Shown piece by piece: positions 41,201 through 53,796 of a stretch of DNA of 64,000 nucleotides (the first letter of the stretch is position 1; the number at the start of each line of letters is the position of its first letter). The stretch is taken from contig JBHGNT010000010.1 of the NCBI GenBank assembly GCA_043228905.1, forward strand, positions 16,802,001 through 16,866,000. Reading direction: 5' to 3'. The translations under genes and the position numbers were made by a program. Below the pieces are notes generated by a model that did not search any database, was not told the origin of the DNA, and saw only the letters and a program-made list of their open reading frames with translations. The stretch comes from Azolla caroliniana. Lineage: Eukaryota; Plantae; Polypodiophyta.

Positions 41201-43682
41201 AACATAAATTGTTATCAAATACTTCTCAAGGTTGACATATAAAATCAGAAGGTGTAATACTGTATTCATATATCCAAGTCATACAACTATAAAGAACATT
41301 GATGTATAACAGGTAAATAAGATCATATTAATTAATAAATAATAGTAAGTGTTATATTGTGTAATATTATAAAGTTATAAATGAAACAATCAATTATATC
41401 ATTTGTTGCCGCTTCTGCGTAATTTGGGTCAGACCTCAATCCCGCTATTTAGTATTCGCCATATTGTGGCACTAGGCTTACCATGATGACAACAATAATG
41501 AGATATCGCAGAGCACCAGCTTCCGGGTTAAGCAAAAAATAATAATTGAAAAGATAATTTAACTGAACGTGCTCACTCAATATTACTAAATCATATATTT
41601 AAAATACTGTTAATAAAATAAAAAAACTATGATATATTACACTGCATCACGTATGCAGCATACACCTTCCATTCCTTGCAAGGAGAAATAATCTGACCCC
41701 ACATTGTGTAATGAGCAGAATAGAACTAATATCAGAAACATTACAAAGGGCTGGAAGACAGAGGATGTCTCTTACTTAGCACATGAAAGATGCCATCAAC
41801 TGCTCGGATATGGGATAAAAAGCTATTTCCTAAGCCTTGCCCCTGGTGTGCACCTCGCACTAATCCTGCTATATCATGTACTTCCAAGTATGCAGAGACC
41901 TAGCAAAATCACAAAAGAAACTATTATCATAGAAATAATGTTATAACAACATAGACCTTGTAGGTGAAATAGCAGCAAATGATGGGGAGGCTTGCAATTT
42001 GCTGAGATCATCGCAGCAGAAATAGATAGAGTAGGAAAAATATTCACAGTCGAAGGTAATTATAGATTGATAACTTGATAATATTTAGATACTCAACATG
42101 TAATTGCAAGGGGGCATGTTCATTAAATTAGTCCATGGAATTTATACCTTTGATAGAAACCTAAGACAGTTTCAGGGGTGTTTCAGCCACCAACAATGTT
42201 AGACACCAGAAATACCAATACTGGACACTTGCCTTGCCAACTGTCTAGCCCTTGCATAATTATAATAATGACACAAAATAATTGGTTTATTGGACTGGCA
42301 TCTTCAGTGTCTTCCAAAAGATTTAGTATTTTGCCTTCAACATTTCTGGCTCAAGCATTGCCTTTTCCTATATAGGTTCCCAACTCAAAATGACCTTAAC
42401 CACATGGTTTTGAGAGGGCTGTTATGAAAGAGCGAAAAAAATATGTAGTACATGGAGTTCATTACTCATGTTATAGGAGAATCGGAACCATCAACATGTA
42501 TTCAACTTTGCTATTATTCTTATACATATCCAATATTGTTCTCACCTCAAACTTTAGGAAGGCAGCAAAGATTGCTTTTGTCTCAAAGATTATCTTTCTT
42601 AATCATTCCGAAGTTGGGTGAATCTCCAACAAGTTATAACAAAAGATCACTCCACACTCTCAGCATTGGCATGGGCAAATACTCAAGTATAGTTACAGGT
42701 TAACACACTTTTCTCAAGACGACTGATTGCCCTCCTTGTATTGCTTTAGGGTACTATAGGCTATATTTGGCCTCTACGATGGTACATTTTGTATCATTTT
42801 CTTCAGTTATGTGCAAGCTTCTTACAACACTTTTATGGCAGATGCATGCATCCTCACAACGTTCTCATCAACAATCCTTCAAAAACCTCACAAATCAAAC
42901 CTGCTCAAAAATGTCTGTAGGCTTTGCATGATTGTAAATCTCTTAAGATCAATCCTTTAACATCCTCTCAAATTGCCAACCGTAGAATATACTCAAATGC
43001 AACAAGTGCCTGGGTTCACGAAAGAGACTTTTTTTCCAACCAACTTGTGAAGACATTCACAGATTTTTTTAATGTGAATTGGTTTTACGAAAAGAAAAAG
43101 ATTTTTTGAGGGAAGAAAATAGCCTTACCTCACTTTTGGGCTTGTGTAGCTGTAATAACCACTCAAAACGCTCGTCAGGAACATTTACTCGGGCCTCATT
43201 GGGCTCAATGGTGCAGAATGGGAAGTTCTCGGCAGGGATGGAGAGCTTTGTGAGTGTGTTGAAGAGAGTAGACTTACCCACATTGGGCAAACCCACCTGA
43301 GACGTTGAAGAAGACAAATAAATAAATAAACACCTAAACTCAAAGAAAAACACAAGATGAAGGACCCAGTTCAAAGAAAACCACAAAAATGACCTAAATT
43401 GTACAGAGACAAAGACAAATGGAACCCAAAATCAAAGACAAAGACAAAAAGAGCCCACAAATAAATAAAACCAAGGAAAAACACCCAAATCAAAAAAAGA
43501 TGATAATAAGCAGAGAGGAAACAGAGGAAGAATTAAGCTTGAAATGGACGAATATAAAGAAGTAGGAAAGAAAAAATGGAGCTTAATTAACTTACGATTC
43601 CGATCTTGAGGTGAGAAGTGAAGCGTCCGAGGATGGGTCTCTCGGGCACAGGCTCCTTGCTCTTCGCAGATTTGGGCGGCAT
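38240..43682 (-). CDS. OLA1: Obg-like ATPase 1 / YchF, 12 exons, intact
   Basis: [42 protein letters not shown] (P-loop), [35 protein letters not shown] (NxxE G4), [11 protein letters not shown] domain ending [21 protein letters not shown]. Confidence 0.95.
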
Positions 43683-43884
43683 CTCGGGTAAACTAAGAAG
43701 AAAAGAACAGAAAAGGGAGATTGCTCTGTTCTGCCTCTCAGCTTGCAAAAACCCTCAAACAGAAGAAAGGGCAGGGCAGAGCAGGGCAAGTCTTGTGATA
43801 TCTTATAAAGTTATAATATAAATTCATGTAATTCTGACATTCCATCATGGCATCAAGTAATCGCGATTTCTTAACAAGGAATTA

Positions 43885-44220
43885 TCGCCTAATCATGTGT
43901 CATTAAGGCCAGGTTAGTCATACGTCTCTCTCTCTCTCTCGTTTGTTATTGGGTTAATTGTGTGATCTCCCATCGTTGCATCAAATAATCGTGATCGATC
44001 GATCGATCGTTCATTTCGAAGAGCATCTGTAATGAGTAATTACCCGTAATCATGCGTCATTAAGGCCAGGTTAGTCAGAAACCTCTCTTGTTTGCCATTG
44101 GGTTAATTGTGACCTCGCATCAATCGTTCCTTTCGACGGGCATATGTACCAAGTAATTGCCCTTAATCATCCGTCATTAAGGCTAGGTTAGTTAGAAGTC
44201 TCTCGCGTTTGTTATTGGGC
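43885..44220. repeat. Three degenerate direct repeats upstream of OLA1
   Basis: taatcat..gtcattaaggc.aggttag at ~43890, 44048 and 44164. Confidence 0.7.
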
Positions 44221-44589
44221 TACTTTCTTTAGGTTCATCGGCCATCCAATTGCCGTATTCCATCCATTGATTGTATGCTCATTTTGGCTATCAAATCAAT
44301 AGCCTTTGGAGCCTCACTTCATGTAGCATATAGCTTTCAGATGGCCTTTTGTATGGGTTGTTATAGGTCTAGGCCCTAGGGTATGTCATTGCATAGCCTA
44401 GGGTGAGTAATTACATATTGGGCCAACCACTCTGCTATGTTATGATTACACTATGTACACTCTCCCTAATATATGAACTACCTCCATACGAGGGTTGGGC
44501 AACCATGTTGCACACATAAAACGCGAGGTATATGATAAATGTCAACATGTGTAGTATGAGAAGTGTCCATGTATGTAGCCAATTGATGG

Positions 44590-45135
44590 GGCTAAACTCA
44601 AGGGAATAGAGTAGATGTTTATTGTCCAAGAGGAGGCCAAATTTGACCGATGGAACCAAATCAACATTTCATATTGTACGTGACTCCTTCCCGCTTAACA
44701 GGGGTTACTATTTTGCAGTAAAAACTCATCATGTGAAAATAATGCACACACATATGTGCTAATCCTTCTCAATAGAGATTTGAGTATAACACTTACAGTT
44801 TCATGCCCTTCTAACAAGTCATCATATTTTGGGTTATGATGCCATGGTGCTACGTCTTCATATCTCCAAGAGCCAAGGTTCCTGGGGGGGTACTTAGATG
44901 TGATTGGATACATTCTAGCATTTTTACCTTGTGTTGTGGCCAACGTTGGGGATTAATATTTGCAATTGAGTATTCCAATTTTGACATTTTAACATATCGC
45001 CACTTCATCCTTAGTACCTCTAGTAATCTATCCTTAATGATTACATACTTCATCGCATCGCTTGAGAGTGCCAATAGATCTTTTAGTCCTCATCTCTTAA
45101 AACCATTTGATAAAGTCAAGCACCCTGCCAAATGA
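44590..45135 (-). mobile_element. TE-derived coding remnant; second copy at ~61060-61300
   Basis: KYDDLLEGHE..YVCALFSH vs KYNDLLDGHD..YMCALFSH; shared gaggaggccaa.tttgacc DNA. Confidence 0.5.
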
Positions 45136-46685
45136 GAGATTTAGCCATTATTAATTTTTTATACCTAGCATCCCACATTTCAAGCTTGGTTTGGCAATCT
45201 ACAATCATACATATTCTACAATGGAGAGTTACATTAAGTTGTTTTCCATACTCTATCATGTTTATTAGATTATCCATTTGATAATACAATGTGATCTTAT
45301 ATAGTTGATTTGAAGTGTACCTTTTGGAGTGGGATTAACAAGTGACATTGAAAGTTGCCATCTTTATCATGTCTAACTGTTGGCTGGGTTATCATGTATA
45401 ATTGTGGTTGGCACATGGAGGTGCATCACGATTATGTCCGGACATCCATGTTCAATGATAATGTGATTGAAGTTAATTTACTTATTTGAGTTAATTTTTC
45501 CAATCATGATGTATCATTGTGTGAAAATAAATCAATATGTAATTTTCTAAACATTGATTAATGTGTCAATATGATAGTTAAAATTCTTGATGATCAAAAT
45601 TCAAGCTTTTCATTATGTATTGAAATGTGATTATTTTGACGGTACCATTTTTTAGATTGAAGAATTATCCTTGAAAACAATGTTGAGCTTTCAATTGTTG
45701 TTTTAAACTTTTTCAATGATCAAGTATTTTCACTAAATGGATCCCAAAAAACCAAGTTTCTAACGGCACAAAAGAGCTTGAGACTTGATTTCAACAAAAG
45801 TATCATTAAAGTACTTGATATGGAATGTAAGGAATGCCATACACTACATGATTTCATCCTAATTTTGTTTAAACAAAAAAGGAAATGAATACACAATCAA
45901 ATAGCCTTGGTTCCCATTACTAGAGCATGACATAACTAATTTCTTTGTTTGCAGGTCCCATCAAGCCTTTGCAGATTGGTCAAACATGAGATAACTAAAT
46001 TCATTGCTTGTAGCCCTCCATGGAGCCTTCAAGAGTATGCCAAATAAATTTTTTAATTATGTTGACCAAATAAGATCATTATTCTAAATGCAATCAAGTT
46101 TCCTTTCATTAAATTATTAAGGTGGGACGCAACCAGCCTAATATTACATTACAATTGTGAATGCAATGCGATAATTGCATGTTTCATCGTCATTGATACA
46201 ACATCTATGTTATAAACAACTATTTCCTTTATGAATGTTAATATAAAGCAAGCATAAAATGAGGTCCAATTAATGAAAGGATTTAAAATGTTTTTGGTCT
46301 TAAACAAATAGTTTGGTTTTATTTTGATTGAAAAGTGAAAATTTAAAATGTTTAACATGGATTTCCATCCCATGCCTTCTCCATGGTGTGCCTTGAGATC
46401 AATTATTTATCTTCTTTTGTTTAGGTAGTGGAAAAAGACATGCTAAGTTGGTTTTATTGCAAAGTGACACAAGAATATTGATAAGGGGATAAATTCCTAT
46501 GATAGATCTGCCCCTCAAATCGATATACATATATTGTGTTGCTTGTTCTAAGAACAATGTAGAAGATGGTTTATCAAAGCTGTCATTTCCATTTCGTGTA
46601 GTTGTAGAATACATATTTACATACATACATACATATATACATACAATCCAATACAAAGGTGCATCATATACTTGAATTTCTTCTC

Positions 46686-49082
46686 TCAATAAGCAATTTG
46701 CATCCTATGTGCGGAAACTCGTGAAGATCCTGCTTTAAGTTGGAGATGGGGTTTCATTGATAAAAGGCACTTGTAATAATCAGATGGGATGCTCAATCCC
46801 CACACGTTTATAGAACAAAGACTTGGACAACCACTTCCTAACATCACAATCCCTTTCTCAGTAACATGTCTACATCCCCATAGATTCAAAACCTACGGAA
46901 ACGTACCCAAAAAAAAACCCATTAGTTCGCAGTAAAATAAAAATGTGTAGTTCCAATAATAGTGTTAATCATATATGCTTATGCAACAACAAATTCACAT
47001 GTTCAAGAGATGCTCTTTTATCGTCGAAAAGATCGCATTTTCATATAGCATTGAAGTTCTCCTAATTCATTCTTGAAAAACTTAAGCAATAATTTTATTT
47101 CTCCACTGATTCAGTATCTAATCTAACCACATTAGAGATAGAGACAATGAGATCTTCATGTTTTTTATTTAAATATGAAAGAAAGATAAATTATGTGTAA
47201 AGTTCTAAACATCCCAATATACATTGAGAATAATTTACCTTAAGCTTCTGACAATACTTGGAAATCGCAAAAATAGAATCATCAGTGATGAATGTTCCAC
47301 CAATGTTTAAATGCTCTAAAGAGACTGCCATGGATACCTAAAGAGGATGCGGCAAATCAACAAATTAGTATTAAATTAAGTAGAGAAGTATTAAACCTTT
47401 GTAACATTAATATAATACAAGAAAACCAGCTCCACAACAAATTGCTCTCATTTAGCCTTAAAACATCCAATAGCCTTCTAGGGAGGTTACCAAGTTGTTA
47501 AGGGGCCCAAAGAGTATATACATGCATAAATGTACATGCATACACATACGCCTACATACATATATAGATAGAAACATACACACAGATAGAAACACAAATA
47601 CAAACACACATTGGATATATATATAGATAGATAGATACATATATTTACACGCAAAGACATTTGCCATAGACTACAGACTCGTAGACGACAATAATAATAA
47701 TTTTCATTTTTCTCTCAGATTGTAAACTTTCTTTTAGACATGTAGATATAATAAGCTGTGAGAGCATACCAATTGTATAACACCCTTGTCAGTTATTGCC
47801 GAGACACCCCAGAGAGAGATACATGTCAAATTTGGGCAGCAAGCTGCAAGGGAAATTTTCCTCAGCCCAGTGTCAGTGATGTTACATCCCCACCTACTAG
47901 ATGAGCTGAAAACAGACAGAAAAACAGAAACATAAGAATACAAGCCAAATTGTGCGCATGTGTATATGTATGTGCTAGTGTCTACCAATGCAATTCTAGT
48001 AAATAAATGTTTTATGTGATAATACATGTGAATGATTGTTGAATATTACAAGCCCCTGTCAATGCAATCCTAGTAAATGATGTCTTATATCATAATACAT
48101 GTGAATGATTGTTGAACATTACAAGCAAAACATAGACATAGTGGGTAAAAAAAAAAGAGAAAGACAAAGAGAGATACATGTCAAGCTCAGTAAGGCTATA
48201 AGCAGCTTCCACTACTCTCACCACACACTCATCATCGACTCGTAAGCCCGAAAAGCTGAGTTTTTTCCGATACATGAGCGCACATTGGACACCCTCTCTC
48301 CATTTTCTACAAACTCTACTTGCCCTGTTTAAAAGAGAATTAAAAAATTAAAAACCTCATTGAAATCATCAAAGATTAAACTTGTCTGTCCCTTTACTCA
48401 TTTTTCTTGAGAATCCATTTTCAAGGTTTCACATTTGTGTAAACACAAAATCTTTGCACACATTAATCACACAGTGAAGGGAGAATTACTTACCTTTGTG
48501 TAATTTATGGCATCTAATTTAGTTAGAGAAATTAGGGCTTCTTATTACTGTTTGCAGATATCAAAATGCGGGTATTTTATAATGTTGTTTGTATATTTCA
48601 GGTATTAAGGTTTCTGAAACTAAGATTTTGCAGCAGAAACTTTGGGATTTGCTCACTGCTCTGGATGTTGTGCATGGGCCTACATGCTGACATGCTGAAA
48701 ACCTCCTAAGATTCATCGTGTCTTTTGAAATTAGGGATTTTTAGCAGCAAGACCAACTGGTTGGGGCACTCCTGCAGGAAGTTTACTGGATTCAATCTGG
48801 TAATGAACTTATCCTAGGGATAACCTAAGAGGTTATTGACAGAAGGTTATGGGGATTCAAACCTTACTTTTCCATATCTTTGTTACATCATATTTTCATT
48901 TCTCCTAAAACACATTCTACAACCATCTCCAACTCTCTGATCATCATCATCATCATCATCATCATAATCTCTCTCTATCTCTCTCTCTCTCTCTCATTTC
49001 ATTCATCTCTATCTCCCCCTCGTTTCATCTTTTTTTTCTCTCACGCCACGTTATGACATTTCATTTCAACTGTTCTTCTCTC

Positions 49083-49123
<41 letters not shown>

Positions 49124-49216
49124 TAGAACTTACATGGCCAAATCCTTGAAAGATTCAAGACGAAAGAGGCAAAGGGCGAGCATGTCTTGGGGAAGGATGT
49201 CCATAAGAGAATCCAT
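46686..49216 (-). CDS. F-box/LRR (RNI-like) protein, paralog B (At5g67140-like), 5 exons
   Basis: MDSLMDILPQDMLALCLFRLESFKDLAM/ASRVCRKWREGV; same intron positions as paralog A; ends MQIAY*. Confidence 0.88.
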
Positions 49217-49356
49217 GGCGACCTCTGGGCAAACAGAAGAACAAGATGGAAAAGAGAAGAGGAAAAGAGAAAGAAGTCCCCTCCTGCACAGCCCAAAACA
49301 ACAGACAGGACAGACAGACAGACAGACAGAGACTTTTCCATGTGGAATCTCTCGAG

Positions 49357-49549
49357 CCAACCATTGGGCGCCACGTGTCCAGATATCCTTTTGATCCTCG
49401 CTGGCGTGGGGGGATCTTCGGCCCCAATCATTGGGTGCCACGTGGATGGGCTCGACATGCTCGTCCGACGCCGGCCATCCAGGGCGGGGACAGATTTCCT
49501 ACATGGCATTGGGGTTTATCTCCGAGGGCAGTCATTGGGCGCCACGTGG
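49357..49549. promoter_or_regulatory. ERSE/G-box cluster upstream of F-box B
   Basis: CCAAC-N9-CCACG at 49357-49375, CCAAT-N9-CCACG at 49424-49442, GCAGT-N9-CCACG at 49528-49546; each spacer is CATTGGG(C/T)G. Confidence 0.65.
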
Positions 49550-52236
49550 ACGGCCAGGCCAATACACCCAAAACCTTGGGCGGACATGTGAGGAGGCCAC
49601 CATGTGGCCATCCTCCACTTCCTCCTCTCTTCCTGGTATCAAGATGTTGCTAAGGCTTTGCCAATTACGAAAATCCGTACAATCAATGAAGGTTCGCCAG
49701 CCTACCTATGCCTCTCTAAATGCACGAAGTGAAAGACGGCTCTCTTGTTTCATAGGTAGGCCATAATAATCCGATAAATCGATGGAGCCCACTTCTTTTA
49801 TTTGGGAGCCCAATCTGCTTCTATTGTCGATGAGGAACAATTATCTTTGTTCTAATGTAGACAAGGCCGAATATTACTCGCTAGACAACGCCTCACACAC
49901 GTAATGTGCATGCCTGTGTGTTAAAAGACAACCTTTGTAAAGTAATAATAGAGTATGACAACGAAGACAATGGGGATATCTAGGCAATGTAATTGCGACA
50001 AAAGTAGCCTTGTTGGTGTATATTTGTTTCTTTGTATGGAAACATCATGAAAATATGTTACCATGCAATATGCAAGAGAATACATAATGTATTGTGCAGT
50101 CACTCGTAGTCATGCTGATAGTTTCCAATTGTATATCTATGATTGTGAAACACATGAAGTAAGTGGCTATATATTCATTGTAACTTTTAACAACTGAAGT
50201 TATCGATTGCTAGCCTACCCCCACATGGTCTAAGACTTTTCGTGCATTGTGAATTTCTTTAATGTCTAACCTTCATAGGAAGGTCCATCACATTAATCCT
50301 ACAATAATAAAACATTCCAATATGCAAGGAGTACTACACACATGCACGCTTGAATTTCCAATTTTAATATAAAAAGAATTCAACGAGGATGTTTGCAGAA
50401 AACATGTAAGGTACTATCGTAAAACCATGCAAAGAACTCATCAAGTTGTGTATGTTTCCTTGTGAAATACGTAAGTGAATATGTATAGTTTGTAGGTATC
50501 AAGAAATACCTTTTCTACTTCTCTTGTATATGTATGAATGATTATCTTATGTTTCAAATTTTATATTGTCAATGTCATTGTAGCTCAAGTAGGGTGACAA
50601 ATGTCTAGCTTAATGATGTGCTCTTAGAAAAATTATTCCATGCGTGATGCGTGTAAACAACTTTAATAGAAGTTATTGAGTTAGAATTCTTTTCTATCAA
50701 AGAAGACCCCTCCCTCATAAGACTCGTCACGAGAGAATCTCTTAGAATTGCCTTTTGTATGTCGTATGTGATGTTGCACAAATACAATTTGGCAACATGA
50801 ATATATAACCGATCCAGTATTATATGAAAATATCATGTACTAAACCCTAAAATGCTTTAGGATTAATATGAAGAGTGTCATAGTAGTTCAAGAAATTTAG
50901 CTTCATGCCCCACATAAAAAAGAAGTGAACGTGAACTAATAATCAGTCAATCAATGCTAATTGAGCACGAGTTAAATGTTAAAAATAAACCGTTCTTATT
51001 TGCACATATTATTTGCATACATTTTTTATTGATTAGTAGTATCATTAATCAAATATGTAATCACCATTGAAAATCACACCTCATTAATAAGCACTTCAAA
51101 TTGGAGTGTTCACCCACCACAAAATGCACAACAAATTCACGCTACGAATTTGAGTGTGAAAGAAGATTTGGTATCCATAGCGACTCTATAGATGGTGGCA
51201 AGGCTATAACGGGCGTCTCATATATGAACAAAGTTACTAAATTATGTTGAGCATGGTCACATTATTTGTAATGACGATGAAGACCCAAATGAGTGTGCAT
51301 TTGGTATTGTTTCTCAATAAGAAAAATATATTTTACATGCACTTGGCATAATGCAAGTTTCCCATGATGTTTATCATGCTCCACCCTACTCAATACATAT
51401 CATCTTGGAAAACTTTGCATCAGATTGACACAGCCATTTACATATATCAAGAAGGTAAATTGTAAATTGTGCAATTGTTTTTTCTAATGCACAGTTGATG
51501 CTCGAAAATAAAAATCAATTCAGATTTTATCATATTAAGCAAGCACAAAAAGTTCAAATTTGCATGAACTTCTTTTTTCCCAAAATTAAGGATTGCATTC
51601 CGTTGAGTACCTTAGACAAAACGCCTCGGAAGCATTGCATTTATTGAACAACTTATTTTATTTTATTTTGTTGATATATAATACGCAATTTATTTGATTC
51701 TTGGTGTTTAAACATGGTCCAACAATTCATAGAGCAAAATATAACGTAATTTGGGTTGTGGATTCCACATAGTGAATTATGTTCATGTGTATATCACAGA
51801 TCTTCACTTAATCCCCACCCTCACCATTTGTGTATATACATACATACATATTTGTATGATGTATGCGTTGCCACAAAATTAGAAGTTCACCATTTGTGTA
51901 CATGCACACATGTGTATATGACAAGATGATATGAAAAGCATCATGAACATGCAGCAGTCTATGCCATGGGAACTTGAGGAAGGTGAGGAACATGAAGTCA
52001 ATCGATACCATAGGTCTTGAGTTACACCTCATCTTCACCATTTGTTGCCACGAACTTAGACATTCACCATTTTGTTTATATACATACATACATGTGTACG
52101 ATGTACGTGTTGCCGCAAAATTAGAAATTCGTCATTTGCGCAAATCCACAAATGTGTGTCACTACGTATGTGTATATCGTGGTGTACCTTTGTGCTATGT
52201 GCATTTCACAATATGACAAGATGATAATGAAAACCA

Positions 52237-53796
52237 TCATGAACACAAAGTGTGTCTATGCCCTGGGAACTTGAGGAAGGCGAGGAACAGCCCAAGGGCA
52301 GCCAGAGCACTAGCGCATAACGTTGTTGTGGATAGAGGAAAGACGTGTGCCTTTTTCACACAGAGGGCATCGGAGGTGGAGGTCCCAACTTGTTTTAATA
52401 CCTCGACCTCGACCAAGAGGCTTGCTATTTCCGGAACATTCTTATGATGAGCACTGAAGAAGGGCCTCATCCACGTCATCATCTCTTTCTCGATGCCGAT
52501 GTTAGATGCAACATTGGAATTCGAAGGCGGGAGATTTTTGAAACTTAGACTCTCGTCTAGAAAAGCTACCAAGCATTTATCATCTTCCCTTCGACTCTCT
52601 TCGACATCAAATTTTTTGTCTGCATTTGTCGACAAAAACTTGGCATCTCCGCTATTGCGATATGTCCTCGTCATAAAAATGTCGTTTTCTTCTCTATCCC
52701 CATCATGTATAGTCGCCTCTGTTTTTGTCTCTTTTAAGTCATTTTCAAGACTTTCTATGTGATGATCTTCCATGGCTTTCATCTCTTCTAATGTAGCTCC
52801 TTTTGTCATCTTCTCATCCTCTATTTCAACTATCAGCCCACTCCTCTCGAGCTTTGCCGACTCGAAGAATACATCGAGTGCTCTGTTTCTGCCCTTCTCC
52901 ACATTTAGCTTTTCTATTCCTTCTCTCTTCTTGCTTGTCTCATCCTTGAGCATTCTCATTATATCCTCTTGCTCAATCTTTACAATTCTTAACTCTTTTT
53001 TGAGCTCCTCAACCACATTGTCTTTCCTTTCCATCTCTTCCATGATCACATCTTTTGTCGAACTTCCCTTCAATAAATCATCCCTCTTTTCACTTAACTC
53101 TTTCTCGATTGATACCATCTCTTGTTCTTTCTCCAATTTCAAAGCCTCATGATGAGCAAAATCATGTTCTTCACTCTTCTCAAACTCAACTATTGGTATG
53201 TTATATGCTTCCTCTATATATCTCTTCTCGCTCTTGGTGTTCATTGTTTTCCGAGATACCATGTTGATGTTGCTCTCAGATTCATTCAAATTACATTGAA
53301 GCTTATCTTTCTCCTTTTCCAGCAGTATATAATCCCAATAAGCTTTTGCAAATGTCTTTTGATGATTTTCTAGTTCGAGCATAAGATTATGCCTCTCCCT
53401 ATTCAATAAATTAGCATGCTTTTCGGCCTCTTCAAGCACAGTTTTCCAACTACTATGATCAAATTCAAGAGCATCCATCTCCTTTTTAAGATTAAAAAGC
53501 TCCAATGATGTCTTTTCAAGAGCATTTCTACGGTTATTTATTTCCATTTCCAAGGATAATTTCACCCTTTCTAGCTCTAGGATGTTCTTCTGGATCCCTT
53601 TGAGACTGTTTTTACTATGGATCAACACATTTTCAAGATCATCTTTTTCCTTTACAAGGGCATTGTGTTCCATCTCAAACATGTCCTTGCATTTGTTTAG
53701 TGTATTTTCAAGATCTTCATTTTGATTGGTTGAAGTAAACGTGATCATTCTATTTAATTCCTCATTTTCTGATAAAATATTGTGATCTCCTACTAC
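52237..53796 (-). CDS. Long coiled-coil protein with a single C-terminal TM helix (tail-anchored); N-terminus uncertain
   Basis: 503-aa E/K/L-rich heptad ORF, open to 53796; C-terminal LCASALAALGLFLAFL then KFPGHRHTLCS*. Confidence 0.6.
   Translation of the reverse strand, partial: VVGDHNILSENEELNRMITFTSTNQNEDLENTLNKCKDMFEMEHNALVKEKDDLENVLIHSKNSLKGIQKNILELERVKLSLEMEINNRRNALEKTSLELFNLKKEMDALEFDHSSWKTVLEEAEKHANLLNRERHNLMLELENHQKTFAKAYWDYILLEKEKDKLQCNLNESESNINMVSRKTMNTKSEKRYIEEAYNIPIVEFEKSEEHDFAHHEALKLEKEQEMVSIEKELSEKRDDLLKGSSTKDVIMEEMERKDNVVEELKKELRIVKIEQEDIMRMLKDETSKKREGIEKLNVEKGRNRALDVFFESAKLERSGLIVEIEDEKMTKGATLEEMKAMEDHHIESLENDLKETKTEATIHDGDREENDIFMTRTYRNSGDAKFLSTNADKKFDVEESRREDDKCLVAFLDESLSFKNLPPSNSNVASNIGIEKEMMTWMRPFFSAHHKNVPEIASLLVEVEVLKQVGTSTSDALCVKKAHVFPLSTTTLCASALAALGLFLAFLKFPGHRHTLCS

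Noticed and set aside
49123-49766. Several overlapping ORFs upstream of F-box B
   Set aside because: GC-rich promoter and UTR sequence with no recognisable protein; better explained as cis-element repeats
52237-52330. Plant KASH domain
   Set aside because: The tail ends HTLCS, not the (V/I)xPT-type terminus of plant KASH proteins
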